In this document: positions 25,631-39,642 of the stretch, piece after piece
Numbering within the stretch: position 1 is the first letter of the stretch
Layout of the letters: every line of letters starts with the position of its first letter
NCBI GenBank assembly: GCA_030390025.1
Contig: CM059432.1
Span: 69,442,001-69,506,000 of the forward strand
Length of the DNA: 64,000 bases
Direction of reading: 5' to 3'
Origin: Squalus acanthias
Lineage: Eukaryota
The notes under the pieces: generated by a model
The model's database searches: none
Told to the model about the DNA's origin: nothing
The model's input: only the letters and a program-made list of their open reading frames with translations
Made by a program: the position numbers and the translations under genes

Positions 25631-26751
25631 CTTTGAACAGTGGTTTACAGAGTCATCCAAACCTAAAGTAGGTATTATAGCCTTGTTCACACTCTGAAGT
25701 GGAACTTATTTACATTTTTGAAATTCTAATGTTTTAGATTTGATATTGTTGTTTATATCTTTCATTACTGACACTGATTGATTGTAAAGCATGTCATGTG
25801 ATAAGAGTAGAAGGAATGGTTTAAAAGTTGTGTTACTATAGTCCAATTATTTAACAATGTCACGAACCAGTTTAAAATAAATATATTAATGTCTCTATTA
25901 AAATAGCAAACAAATGAATTTGATATGAATCTTTGAAGTGTTTGTACAGTACTATTGCATTGCAACATTTTCAGGCCGTAGAGTTTTAGGACAGTGTATA
26001 TGAGCTTTAGCTGTCGAGATTAGTTTGAGACTGGATTAAGCAAATTAATTTTGTTGTTTCTTGGACTGTGAACCTTGAAATAAATCTTTCAGAGCAATCA
26101 TTCAAGATGACACTGGGTATTCGACTGTAGTTACCAAGATTCAGTATAAGAATGGAAAAAACAATGTTAAATGTATTGGACTCCGAGAGTGTCTGTTGAT
26201 TGCAATGTTGTGTTGGGTAAGCACCTGCATTTAAAAAAAAAATAAACTGAATGACTAAACTGAATTTCTGGCACTGTGAATGGATAATATAATTACATAT
26301 GAACGATGTTATTAGTAGCATTTGTATTTATTTATTATGGTTTAATGAGTTAAACAAACAAGGTTTATATTGAAGGGTTGGTCATAGTGCCTAGTTACAG
26401 TGTCATGTTTACCTCAGTATCAAGCAGCCTGTAAAATGCTATATGTTGAATTATAAATGACTCCCCAAAAAAAACCTTTGCTCGTATTAACTCTATAACT
26501 GCAGTTTCAAAGTAAATTAGGTTTCTTTAGCTCAGTCACTGTTCAGAGTGGCAATTATTAACAATTATATCACTTAGCATTTTTCAACTGCTAATAATTC
26601 CAGAAACTTGCGTATTTTACCTTCTATATTTTTCTGGTCCACTATCAGATATTTTACTACATTGTGATGTGAGTGGTAAAAAATCAAATGACTAACTCTT
26701 TTATGTTATTGGTAACTTGACTGTCAAATTTGGTCATTTAAATTGAAAGAA

Positions 26752-27999
26752 TAGTGGTGCCGCAAGGATCAGTGCTTGGGCCTCAGCTGTTTACAATCTA
26801 TATTAATAACTTAGATGAAGGGATCAAGTGCAATATATCCAAGTTTGCTGATGATACAAAGCTAGGTGGGAAAGTAAGCTGTGAGGAGGATGCAAAGAGC
26901 CTGCAAAGGGATATAGACAGGTTAAGTGAGTGGGCAAAAAGGTGGCAGCTGGTGTATAATGTGGGGAAATGTGAGATTATTCACTTTGGTGGGAAGAATT
27001 AAAAAAAAACAATATTTTTTAAATGCTGAGAAACTAATGAATGTTGGTGTTCAGAGAGATTTAGGTGTCCTAGTACAAGAAACACAGAGAGTTAGCGTGC
27101 AGGTACACAAGTAATTAGGAAGGCAAATAGCATGCTGGCCTTTATTGCTAGAGGATTGGAGTACAAGAGTAAGGAAGTCTTGTTACAATTGTACAGGCCT
27201 TTGATGAGACCACACCTGGAGTACTGTGCACAGTTTTGGTCTCCTTATCTAAGGAAGGCTATACTTGCCTTAGAGGTGGTGCAATGAAGATTCACTAGAT
27301 TGATTCCTGGGATGAGAGGGTTGTCCCCAAAAATGTGTGGGTTAGGTTGATTTGGCTATGATAAATTGACCCTTAGTGTTTGGGGGGATTAAATATGTGG
27401 GGTTATGGGGATAGGATGGGATATGTTAGGGGGAATTAAATACGGGGGTAGGGTGGGTTATGTGTACTGTGGGGATTAAAGCAGGGACAGGGTACTGGAT
27501 TTGGATGATCAGCCATGATCGTATTGAATGGCGGAGCAGGCTCGACGGGCCGAATGGCCTACTCCTGCTCCTAGATTCTATGTTTCTATGTCCTATGAGG
27601 AGAGATTGAGTAGATTGGGCCGATACTCTCTGGCGTTTAGAAGAATGTGAGGTGATCTCATTGAAACATATAAGATTTTGAGATTGATAGGGTCGATGCT
27701 GAGAGATTGTTTCCCCTAGCTGGAGAGTCTAGAACTGGGGGACATAGTCTCAGGATAAGGAGTCAGCTGTTAAAGACTGAGATGAGGAGGAATTCTCTGC
27801 CCAAGGGGCTGCGGATGCTTACTAGTTGAGTATATTCAAGGCTGAGATAGATCGATTTTTGGACTCTGGAGGAATAAAGGGATATGGGGATAGAGCAGGA
27901 AAGTGGAATTGAGGTCGAAGATCAGCCATGATCTTATTAAATGACAGAGCAGGCTCGAGGGGCCATATGGCCTCCTCCTGCTCCTAATTCTTATGTTCT
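26752..27999 (+). mobile_element. CR1 LINE 3' part, interrupted by a SINE
   Basis: ORF 26754-27002 ([18 protein letters not shown]) and CR1 tail at ~27915-27999. Confidence 0.9.
27327..27588 (+). mobile_element. 5'-truncated V-SINE/HE1-like SINE with CR1-derived tail
   Basis: gtgtgggttaggttgatttggctatgataaattgacccttagtg body plus CR1 tail. tgtcc is duplicated at 27322-27326 and 27589-27593. Confidence 0.65.
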
Positions 28000-28464
28000 T
28001 TACAAACAGGTAAGAAACTCTTGGAAGCCCCAGAGGCCTGATGTAACTGAGTCCCCTTTTGTTTTCTGGGGGTTCTGCTGGTGTTCCACAGGAACCCTTG
28101 AGGAATTTTGTTCCCTCAACATTGATTCACACAATCGGGAAAATACATTTCACCTCATTTGTTGCTAAATATATGATAATAGGCATAATTTCCACTCTAG
28201 CCCGAGGGAGATACTAGATGGTGTCATTATGGAAACTGTATAGAGTGTGGTATGACAGGTGACAGTGTCATAACAGTATGTAGTGAATAGTAAGAATTAG
28301 TAGGGCAGGGTTCTATTTTCAATAGGCTTTAAAAAATTTTTTACATACTTTTCTTCTGAAAAAGGAAATGTTAATGTAAATATAAATATTTGATAGAAGC
28401 ATAAGGAAAAAAGGAGCCAAAGAAGGAGAGATTAAGTGGGTGACCAAAAGCTTGGTCAAAGATT

Positions 28465-31400
28465 TACAGAGTTACATCGTGTTACATAGAGACTACAGCA
28501 CAGAAACAGGCCATTCGCCCCAATTGGTCTATGCTGGCGTTTATGCTCCACAGGAGCCTCCTCCCACCCCTCACCATCTAACCTTATTAGCATCTCCTAT
28601 TTCTTTCTCCCTCATGTGCTTATCTAGCTTCTCCTTAAATGCATCTATGCTATTCATCTCAACTACTCCATGTGGTAGCAAGTTCCACATTGTTACCACT
28701 TTTTGGGTAAAATAGTTTATCCTGAATTCCACATTGGATATATTGGTGACTAGCTTATATTTATGGTCCCTAGTTTTAGTCTCCCCAACAAGTGGGAACA
28801 TCTCTACGTCTACCCTATCAAACCATTTCATAATCTTAAAGACCTCTATTAAGTCACCTCTCAGCTTTCTCTTCTAGAGAAAGGTGCCCCAGCCTGTTCA
28901 ACCTTTCCTGATAAGTATATGTTTTCAGTTCTGGTATCATCCTTGTGATTCATTATTGCACTTTCTCCAGTGCCTTTATATCCCTTTTATAATATGGAGA
29001 CCAGAACTGTTCACAGTACTCCAAGTGTGGTCTAACCAAGGTTCGATACAAGTTTAACATAACTTCTCTGCTTTTCAATTCTAGAAATTAACTCTAGTGC
29101 TTGGTTTGCCTTTTTTTATGGCCTTCTTGACCTGTGTCACTACTTTTAGTGATTTGTTCATCTGTACCCCAGATCCCTTTGCTCCTCCAGCCCATTCAGA
29201 CTCTTATTATCCAAGCATTATGTAGCCTTCTCATTCTTTCAACCAAAATGTAATACTTCGCACTTATCTATATTGAAATTCCTTTGCCAATTACATGCCC
29301 ATTGTGCAAGTGTATTAATGTTGTCTTATATTTTCTTGCAGTTTTCCTCAGTATTTACTGTACACCCTACACCTAAAATCAAGATGTAGAATCAGTCTGG
29401 GTGGAGCTAAGAAGCACCAAGGGGCAGAAAACTTTGGTGGGAGTTGTATATCTGCCTCCAAACAGTAGTGGTAATGTAGGGGACGGCATCAAACAGGGAA
29501 TTAGAGATGCCTGTAACAAGGGTACTACAGTAATCATGGGTGACTTAATCTACATATAGACAGGCCAAACCAAATTAGCAATAATACTGTGGAGGATGAA
29601 TTCCTGGAGTGTGTACGAGATGGTTTTTTAGACCAGTACGTTGAGGAGCCAACTAGGGAACAAGCTATCCTAGATTGGGTATTGTGCAATGAGAAGGGGT
29701 TAATTCATAATCTTGTTGTGCGGGGTCATTTAGGGAAGACCATAACATAATAGAATTCTTCATTAAGATGGAAAGTGAAGAAGTCCAATCCGAAACTAGG
29801 GTCCTAAATCTAAACAAAGAAAAATACGAAGGTATGAGGAGTGAGTTGGCTATGATAGATTGGGGAGCTTCATTAAAAGGCATGACGGTTGATAGGCAAT
29901 GGCTAACATTTAATGAACGAATGCATGAATTGCAACGGTTATACATTCCTTTCTGGCGCAAAAACACAAAAGGAAAAGCGGCCCAACCATGGCTAACAAA
30001 AGAAATTAAGGATAGTATTAGATCCAAAGAAGAGTCATATAAAGTAGCAAGCCTGAGGATTGGGAGCAATTTAGAATTCAGCAAAAAAGGACCAAGAGAT
30101 TGATTAAAGGGGAAAAATAGAGTATGAGAGTAAACTTGCAAGGAACATAAAAGCGGACTGTAAAAGCTTCTACAAGTATGTAAAAAGAAAAAGATTAGTG
30201 AAGACAAATGTAGGTCCCTTACAGTCAGAAACGGGAGAATTTATAATGGGGAACAAGGAAATGGTGAGCAATTAAACAAATACTTTGGTTCTGTCTTCAC
30301 GGAAGAGGACACAAATAACTTCCCAGAAATGCTAAGGAACCAAGGGTCTAGTGAGAAGGCGGAATTAAAGGAAATTAGTATTAGTTAAAAAAATAGTGCT
30401 GGAGAAATTAATGGGACTGAAAGCTGATAAATCCCCAGAGCCTGATGATCTGCATCCCAGAGTACTAAAAGAGGTAGCCATGGAAATAGTGGATGCATTG
30501 GTTGTTCCAAAATTCTATAGATTATGGAACAGTTCCTGCAGATTGAAGGGTGGCAAATGTAACCCCACTATTTAAAAAAGGAGGGAGAGAGAAAACCGGG
30601 AACTACAGACTGGTTAGCCTAACATCAGTAGTGGGGAAAATGCTAGAGTCTATTATAAAGGATGTAATAACAGGACACTTAGAAAATATTAACGGGATTA
30701 GACAAAGCCAACATGGATTTATGAAAGGGAAATCGTGTTTGGCAAACCTACTGGAGTTTTTTGAGGATGTAACTGGTAGAATAGATAAGGGAGAACCAGT
30801 GGATGTGGTGTATTTGGATTTTCAGAAGGCCTTTGATAAAGTCCCACATAAGAGGTTAATGTGCAAAATTAAAGCACATGGGATTGGGGGTAATATACTG
30901 GCATGGATTGAAAATTAGTTAACAGACAGGAAACAGAGATTAGGAATAAATGGGTCTTTTTCGGGGTGGCAGGCGGTGACTAGTGGGGTACCGCAGGGAT
31001 CAGTGCTTGGGCCCCAGCTATTCACAATATATATCAATGATTTGGATGAGGGAACCAAATGTAATATTTCCAAGTTTGCTGACGACACAAAACTAGTTGG
31101 GGTTGTGAGGAGGATGCAAAGAGGCTTCAAGCCGATTTAGACAAGTTGAGTGAGTGGGCAAATACATGGCAGATGCAGTATAACGTGGATAAATGTGAAG
31201 TTATCCATTTCGGTAGGCAAAACAGAAAGGTAGAGTATTATTTAAATGGTGATAGATTGGGAAATGTTGATGTACAACGGGACCTGGGTGTCCTTGTACA
31301 CCAGTCACTGAAAGCAAACATGCAGGTGCAGCAAGCAGTTAGGAAGGCAAATGGTATGTTACCCTTCAATGCCAGAGGATTTGAGTACAGGAGCAAGGAT

Positions 31401-33810
31401 GTCTTACTACAGTTATACAGGGCCTTGGTGAGACCACACCTGGAGTACTGTGTGCAGTTTTGGTCTCCTTACCTAAGAAAAGATATACTTGCCATAGAGG
31501 GAGTGCAGCGAAGGTTCACCAGACTGATTCCTGGGATGGCAGGACTGTCGTATGAGGAGAAATTGGGTCGACTAGGCCTGTATTCACTAGAGTTTAGAAG
31601 AATGAGAGGGGATCTCATTGAAATGTATAAAATTCTGACAGGGCTAGACAGACTGGATGCAGGGAGGATGTTTCCCCTGGCTGGGGGGTCTAGAACGAGG
31701 GGTCACAGTCTCCGGATACGGGGTAGGACATTTAAGACTGAGATGAGGAGAAATTTCTTCACTCAGAGGGTGGTGAACCTGTGGAATTCTCTACCACAGA
31801 AGGCTGTGGAGGCCAAGTCACTGAATATATTTAAGAAGGAGATAAATAGATTTCTAGATGTAAAAGGCGTCAAGGGGTATTGGGAGAGAGTGGGAATATG
31901 GTATTGAGATAGAGGATCAGCCATGATCATATTGAATGGCGGAGTAGGCTCGAAGGGCCGAATGGCCTACTCCTGCTCCTATTTTTCTGTGTTTCTATGT
32001 TTCTCTACCCCCCCCCCCCAATTTGGTGTTGTCCGCAAATTTTGAAATTGTACTTCTGAGTCCAGAGCTTTAATGTAAATTGTGAACAACAGTGCTTCCA
32101 ACACCGATTCCCACCTTTAGCCAGTCTGAGTAGCTACCCTTAAACCCTGCTCTCTGTTTTCTGTTCTGTAACCAACTTGCTATCCATTCTGCTACTTGTT
32201 CCCTAACTCCACATGCTCTGACCTTAGTCATAAATCTACTGTGTGTTACCTTATCAAAGGCCTTCTATCTTCAATATCTTTTTAGTTTTTTTAATCTCTT
32301 CTAATGCAGTGCCACCTTGTTGGTCTCCCTGGTAAATACTGAGGTGAAGTAACTATTCAATATTTCTGTAATTTCACTGTTATTAGCTGTGAGTTTATCT
32401 TGTGCGTTCCTTAGTGGCTCTGTCCCTATCCTGATTTTTCTTTTGTTATATTCATGTGTCTGTGGAATACTTCACTAATCTCTTATATTTCTTGCTAATT
32501 TAGTTTTTTAGTTCCTCTATGCTTTCCTAATTTTTTTTGACTCCTTTCCTAACCTTCCCTTTTGTCATCCTCCTGTATTGTCTATGTACTTAGTGTATGC
32601 CTTTTTCTTTAGTTTTAGTGTTTCCCTTATCTCTTTATTTATCCATGGTGTTTCATTATTGGATAGTTTGTACTTGTTTTTTAGCGGAATATATTTCTCC
32701 TGCACTCTCTTGATCACCGTTTTAAATATTTCCTACTGCTGTTCTATCTTGTCTGTCACTTCTTTTCAGTTTACCTTCCCTAGTTCCATTCTCATCTCCT
32801 CAAAATTAGCCATTCCCAATCCATTACTTTGGTCTTTGTCTTAATTATGTCTTTCTCAGTCATCATTTCAACCTTATTATGATCACTATTGCTTGGATGT
32901 TCCCCTATGCTTACTTCTCTTATCTGCTCTGGTTCATTTCCCATTACTAAATCCAGCAGTGATTCCTCTCTTGTTGGGCTTCTTACGGACTGCGTAAGAA
33001 AGGATTCCTGAACACACTGTAAAAACTCTCTTCCCTTTTCCCTTTTCCCTACTTCTTGCCAGTTTATTTGGGGGTAGTAGAAATCTTGCATCCTTATTAT
33101 TCTATGCCTTTTACTCATTTCATATATTTGCCTACATATTTCTTCCTCCACTTCCCTTCACTATTGCGTGGTCTGTAGAATAACTCTGTTAACGTGATCG
33201 ATTCCTTCTTATCCTTTGTTTCAATCCATATGGAATCTGTTTCTACCTTAATGTTAGTTCTGTCCCTTTTTTTCTATTGCCATTATGTTGTCTCTAATCA
33301 GTACAGCTACCCCACCCCTCCTTCCTTCCCTATTCTTTCTAAATACATTATATCCTGCAATATTTAACTGGCGGTCCTGTTCTTTATGTAGCCATGTTTC
33401 AGTTATCTCTACCACATCTGGCTTCTCGCTATGAATTATTGCTTCCAGTTCCCCTCTTTTGTTTCAGATGCTGTGCACATTGCTGTACAGGCAATTTAAT
33501 TTGTTTTTATTAATTGTTCCCTCACTTTATTTTTAACAGTCATTTATATTTATGTTCTATAACTGTATTTGTTCCTTGACCGTTTAAACTCCTACCTACA
33601 GTCCTAGTCATCCTTTCCGCTAAGACACTGGTCCCATTCCGGTTCAGATGAACCCCATACCAACAGTACAGCTTCTTCCTGTCCCAGTAATGGTGCTGGT
33701 GTCCCAGGAAATGGAACCCCTCTTTCCCACACCAGTCTTTTAGCCCCACATTCACGTTCCTGACCTGTCTATCCCTATGCCAATTAGCACATGGCTCGGG
33801 TGGTAATCTA
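28465..33810 (-). mobile_element. Older CR1 LINE (28465-29367 plus 32004-33810) reaching ORF1, split by a younger CR1
   Basis: 3' tail at ~28470-28530. ORFs 28571-28831, 32792-33151 (endonuclease, SDHN) and 33540-33755 (ORF1 esterase-like GVHLNRNG). Confidence 0.85.
29375..32003 (+). mobile_element. CR1 LINE, 5'-truncated in the endonuclease domain
   Basis: ORFs 29768-30103, 30550-30918 and 31146-31907. (tttctatg)n tail. Confidence 0.95.
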
Positions 33811-34489
33811 TCCCCCTAATTATCGAATCCCTCATGAATAAAACTGTTCTATTCTACTGAACTCCCATTTGGACTGCCTCCTGCTCCACGGTCTCCTGTT
33901 GGAGCAGGAGGGTTTCAAGGGAGGTCTTAAAAGAGGGGAGTGAAGTGGAAAAATGGAGAGGTATATGGACAGTATGCAGCTTTCGGGGACCAGGAGCCAA
34001 AATAGGTCAATAATGGGAAAGTGTGATTTGGTGTGGGATAGGATATGTGCAGCAGCATTTTGGATGAGCTGAAGTTTATGGAGGGTTGAGGATAGTATTG
34101 TAGTAATCAAGCCTGGAGGTAACAGAGAGATGGACGAGAGCTTCAGCGTTAGAAAAGCTGAGGTGGGACGGAGGCGATGATATTACAGAGGTGGAAGTAG
34201 ACAATCTTTATAACAGAGAGGATATGGGGTCAGAAACTCGGCTTGGGTTGAATGGAAATCTGAGGTAGCAATTATTCTGTTTCAACCTGGGAAAATGGCC
34301 TGGGAGAGGAATGGAATTGGCGGTGAGGGTAGAGAGTTTGTGGCAGAGGCCAAAGAAAATGGCTTCAATCTTCCCACTGTTTAGCTGGAGGAAGTTACAG
34401 CTCATCCAGGACTGCATGTCAGGCAAGCAGTCTGACAATACAGATGCTGTGATGGAATTCAGAAATTTTTTGACTGATGGCAATTTTAA

Positions 34490-35245
34490 AAGAACATAAG
34501 AATTAGGAGCAGGAGTAGGCCAGTCGGCCCCTCGAGCCTGCTCCGCCATTCAATAAGATCATGGCTGATCCAAACTTGGCTTCAACACCACTTTCCCGCT
34601 CTCTCCCCATACCCCTTGACTCTCTTGTAGTTCAAATGTCTGTCAATCTCCGCCTTGAATATATTCAGTGATTCTGCCTCCACAGCTCTCTGGGGTTGAG
34701 AATTCCAAAGATTCACGACACTCTGAGAAGAAATTCCTCCTCATCTCCATCTTAAATGGGCGACCCCTTATTCTGAAACTATGCCCCCTAGTTCTAGATA
34801 GCCCCCCACGAGGGGAAACATCCTCTCAGCATCCACCCTGTCAATCCCCCTCAGAATCCTATATGTTTCAATAAGATCAGCTCTCATTCTTCTAAACTCC
34901 AATGCGTATAGGCTCAACCTTTCGTCATATGTCAACCCCTTCATCCCAGGAATCAACCTAGTGAACCCTCTCTGCACTGCCTCCAATGCAAGTATATCCC
35001 TCCTTAAATATGGAGACCAAAACTGTACGCAGTACTCCAGGTGCGGTCTCACCAGCGCCCTGTAAAATTGCATGAAAACTTCCCCACTTTTATACTCCAT
35101 ACCCCTTGCAATAAAGGTCAACATTCCATTAGCCTTCCTAATTACTTGCTGTACCTGCATGCTAACTTTTTGTATTTCATGTACTAGGACCCCCAGATCC
35201 CTTTGTACCACAGCATTTTGTAGTCTCACTCCATTTAAATAATAA
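34490..35245 (-). mobile_element. CR1 LINE 3' part
   Basis: ORF 34768-35229 ([15 protein letters not shown]) and tail agaacataagaattaggagc. Confidence 0.9.
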
Positions 35246-35352
35246 TTTGCTTATGTGGCTTGGTGTCAACCTCTGTCTGATAACGCTCCTGCGAAGAAGG
35301 GACCTGGGACGTTTCACCACACCGGAGGCGAGGTACAAATGCAAGTTTGTTG
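35245..35352 (+). mobile_element. L2 3' tail fragment
   Basis: cttatgtggcttggtgtcaa...gataacgctcctgcgaag...aaatgcaag is the inverse of the L2 tail at ~23797-23890. Confidence 0.6.
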
Positions 35353-36057
35353 TACGGGCCCTGCACATTCAGCCACCTCCACGCACGATACCGCTCCCCC
35401 CCCCCCCCCCCCCCCCCACCGAGCCGACTTCCTGCTCAGCGCTCCTTAAGGGGGAACAGTGCCCGAGAAGGGGGAATCATTTACAATATTGGATAAAATG
35501 GAGGCCAGGAAGGGAAGTTGGCTGATCAGGGGAGAATGAAGTGGATCCCGTGGATGAAATGTGCTTGGAAAGGGCAAGGGAGGAGATAGGGGAGAAACTA
35601 GAGAGAGATGAGAGTTCAGGGCTTTTGTGGGGATGGGAATAGGGGGAGGTTTGCCCGAGTGGACAAGGGGAAGGGAGGAAGCAGCAAAGGCAGCTGAATC
35701 TTGGTCTCTATTTTGGAGATGACAAAATCTATCAGCTCCTTGCACTTGTTGGAGTTGTAGGTCGAGTCAGAGGGGCGGAGTTTAAGGAGATGATTGGTAG
35801 TAGAGAAAAAGAGACCTCCAGAATGATCCTAGAATAGTGGGTCATTTTGACAGCTAAGCGAGGTTGGGTAGAGTTTGATGTGGTCAAGCCAGATCTGGCA
35901 ATGGATGGCTAAGACAGTTCTGCAGCTGGTATGCACAAGTTTGCCCTTAGATTTCATGGACAAAAATGAGGGTCATACCAGGGCAATGACAAGGATGGGA
36001 AATGGTAAAGGATGTTCTGGGGAGAAGGGCATCAAAGGTGGAGATGAGGTAATGAGG

Positions 36058-38525
36058 AATTTCAGCCAATGTCCCATATTCCTCCATCACCATCCCTGGG
36101 TTTGTCCTGTCCCACCGGCAGGACAGACCCACCAGAGGTGGTGGCACAGTGGTATACAGTTGGGAGGGAGTGGCCCTGGGAGCCATCAACATTGACTCCG
36201 GACCCCATGAAGTCTCATGGCTTCAGGTCAAGCATGGGCAAGGAAACTTCCTGCTGATTACTACCTACCGCCCTACCTCAGCCGATGAATCAGTACTCCT
36301 CCATGTTGGACACCACTTGGAAGAAGCACTGAGGATAGATAGCAAGGGCACAGAATATACTCTGGGTGGGGGACTTCAATGTCCATCACCAAGAGTGGCT
36401 CGGTAGCACCACTACTGACCGAGCTGACCGAGTCCTGAAGGACCTAGCTGCCAGACTAGGACTGCAGCGGTGGGGAGAGAACCAATACAAGGGAAAAACC
36501 TACTTGACCTCGTCCTCACCAATCTACCTGTCGTAGATGCATCTGTCCATGACAGCATTGGTAGCAGTGACCACTGCACAGTCCTTGTGGAAATCCCGTC
36601 TTCACACTGAAGGCACCCTCCACCGTGTTGTGTGGCACTACCACCTTGCTAAATGGGATAGATTCAGAACAGATCTAGCAGCTCAAAACTGGGCATCCAT
36701 GAAGCGCTGTGGGCCATTAGCAGCAGCAGAATTGTATTCCGCCACAATCTGTAACCTCATGGCCCGACATATCCCTCACTCTCCCACTACAATCAAGCCA
36801 GGGGACCAACCCTGGTTCAATGAGGAGGGTAGAAGAGCATGCCAGGAGCAGCACCAGGCGTACCTAAAAATGAGGTGCCAACCTGGGGAAGCTGCAACAC
36901 AGGACTGCATGCATGCTAGACAGCATGCTATAGACAGAGCTAAGCGATCCCACAATCAACAGATCAGATCAAAGCTCTGCAGTCTTGCCACATCCAGTCG
37001 TGAATTGTGGTGGACCATTAAACAACTAACGGGAGCAAAGGCTATGGGCCCCGACAACATCCCGGCTGTCGTGTTGAAGACTTGTGCACCAGAACTAGCC
37101 GCACCTTTAGCCAAGCTGTTCCAGTACAGCTATAACACTGGCATCCACCTGACAATGTGGAAAGCTGCCCAAGCAGGACACATCCAATCCGGCCAATTAC
37201 CACCCCATCAGTCTACTCTAAGTCATCGACAGTGCTATCAAGCAGCACTTACTCACCAAAACCGACTCACCGATGCTCAGTTTGGGTTCTGCCAGGAGCA
37301 CTCGGCTCCAGACCTCATTACAGCCTTGGTACGAACATGGACAAAAGAGCTGAATTCCAGAGGTGAGATGCGAATGACTGCCCTTGACATCAAGGCAGCA
37401 TTTGACCGAGTGTGGCTTCAAGGAGCCATAGTAAACTTGAAGTCAGTGGGAATCAGGGGAAAAACTCTTCACTGGCTGGAGTCATACTTAGCACAAAGCA
37501 AGATGGTTTTTGTTGTTGGAGGTCAATCATCTCAGCCCCAGGACATCAGGGCAGTGTCCTAGGCCCAACCATCTTCAGCTGCTTCATCAATGACCTTCCC
37601 TCCATCATAAGTTCAGAAGTGGGGATGTTCGCTGATGATTGCACAGTGTTCAGTTCCATTCGCAACTCCTCAGATAATGAAGCAGTCCATTCCCGAATGC
37701 AGCAAGACCTGGATGACATTCAGGCTTGGGCTGATAAGTGGCAAGTAGCATTCGCGCCACATAAGAGCTAGGCAATGACTATCTCCACTGAGTCTAACCA
37801 CTGCCCCTTGACAATCAAAGGCATTACCATCACCGAATCCCCACCATCAACATCCTGGGGGGTCACCATTGACCAGAAACTTAACTGGACCAGCCACATA
37901 AATACTGTGGCTACAAGAGCAGGTCAGAGGCTGGGTATTCTGTGGGGAGTTTCTCACCTCCTGATTCCCCAAAGCCTTTCCACCATCTATAAGGCACAAG
38001 TCAGGAGTGTGATGGAATACTCTCTTCTTGCCTGGATGAGTGCAGTTCCAACAACACTCAAGAAGCTCGACACCATCCAGGACAAAGCAGCCTGCTTGAT
38101 TGGCATCCCATCCACCACCTTAAACATTCACTCCCTGCACCACCGGCGTACTGTGGCTGCAGTGTGTACCATCTACAAGATGCACTGCAGCAACTCGCCA
38201 AGGCTTCTTCGGCAGCACCTCCTAAACCCGCGACCTCTACCACCTAGAAGGACAAGGGCAGCAGGCGCATGGGAACACCATCACCTGCAAGTTCCCCTCC
38301 AAGTTACTCACCATCCTGACTTGAAAATATATCGTCGTTCCTTCATCGTCGCTGGGTCAAAATCCTGGAACTCCCTTACAGCACTGTGGGAGTACCTTCA
38401 CCACACGGACTGCAGCGGTTCAAGAAGGCGGCTCACCACCACCTTCTCTAGGGCAATTAGGATGAGTAATAAATGCTGGCTTTGCCAGCGACGCCCACAT
38501 CCCAGGAACGAATATTTAAAAAAAT
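36058..38525 (+). mobile_element. LINE family B copy with internal deletions
   Basis: ORFs 36149-36406, 36537-37562, 37412-37771 and 37775-38581 are closely similar to 15886-21988. It lacks the segment present at ~54855-55077. Confidence 0.9.
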
Positions 38526-39186
38526 GGCTAAGCAAATCAACAACTGCAAAGTATTGCGGCGAATGGAGGATGGAAGGCTAGGAAGTACATAGTTCAAGAC
38601 CATGGTTGTAAGTACATGCAGAGTGGATACAGAAGGGGGAGAGTTGAAGGAGGGTATGGGGATGTGGGTGGTCAAGGCTACAACGAAGTGGACAGAGACA
38701 GCCTTGTCAGTGATCAAGACCATAGGGGTAGAGAGGCCTTGGGAGATGTTGAGGTCTAGACCAAGGAGATGACCGTGAATATGGGTAGGAGAGGTTGAGG
38801 GGTAGTTCAGTGTAGAGGCTGAGGGAATAAAGAAGGGAGGATATCTTGAGGAGAAACGTAAGGTGGGACTTGGGGGCAGTAGATAAGAGGATTTTAGAGG
38901 AGAGGCAAAAGGAGTAGAACTGAGTGAGGTGCATTAAGGAGGAGGCAGTGCCTGAGGAGTAGTGGGTGGAGGTATGATTTGGTGATGAGGGCAATGCTGT
39001 AATTAAAGCATGTCAGATGGTGGAAGGTATACCCAGGTGGGAATCTTCGGTAAAGGGCAAGATGTTGCCACTATGAACCAGGTTTCAGTCAAAGCTAGGA
39101 TGTCATTTTGATCATCCACATTGAGGCTGTTGATGGGAAGGGCCTTGTTCATTATTGAACGGACATCCTGGAGGGAAATGCAGAGA

Positions 39187-39642
39187 GAAAGAAAGAAAGA
39201 CTTGCATTTATATTGCGCCTTTCACGACCACTGGACGTCCCAAAGCGCTTTACAGCCAATTAAGTACTTTTGAAGTGTAATCACTGGTAATATAGGAAAC
39301 GCGGCAGCCAATTTTGCGCACAGCAAGCTCCCACAAACAGCAATGTAGTAATGACCAGATAATGTGTGACTGAGAAATAAATATTGGCCAGGACACCGGG
39401 GATAACTCTCCTGCTCTTCTTCGAATAGTGGCATGGGATCTTTTACGTCCACCTGAGAGAGCAGACAGGACCTCAGTTTAATGTCTCATCTGAAAGACGG
39501 CACCTCTGACAATGCCGCACTCCCTCAGTACTACACAGGAGTTTCAGCCTAGATTTTTGTGCTCAAGTCTCTGGAGTAGGACTTGAACCCACAACCCTTT
39601 GACTCGGAGGCGAGGGTGCTACCAACTGAGCCACAACTGACA
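39187..39642 (-). mobile_element. Deu-domain SINE (second copy)
   Basis: Reverse complement of 8690-9140, including the A/B boxes and the (tttc)n tail. Confidence 0.85.
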
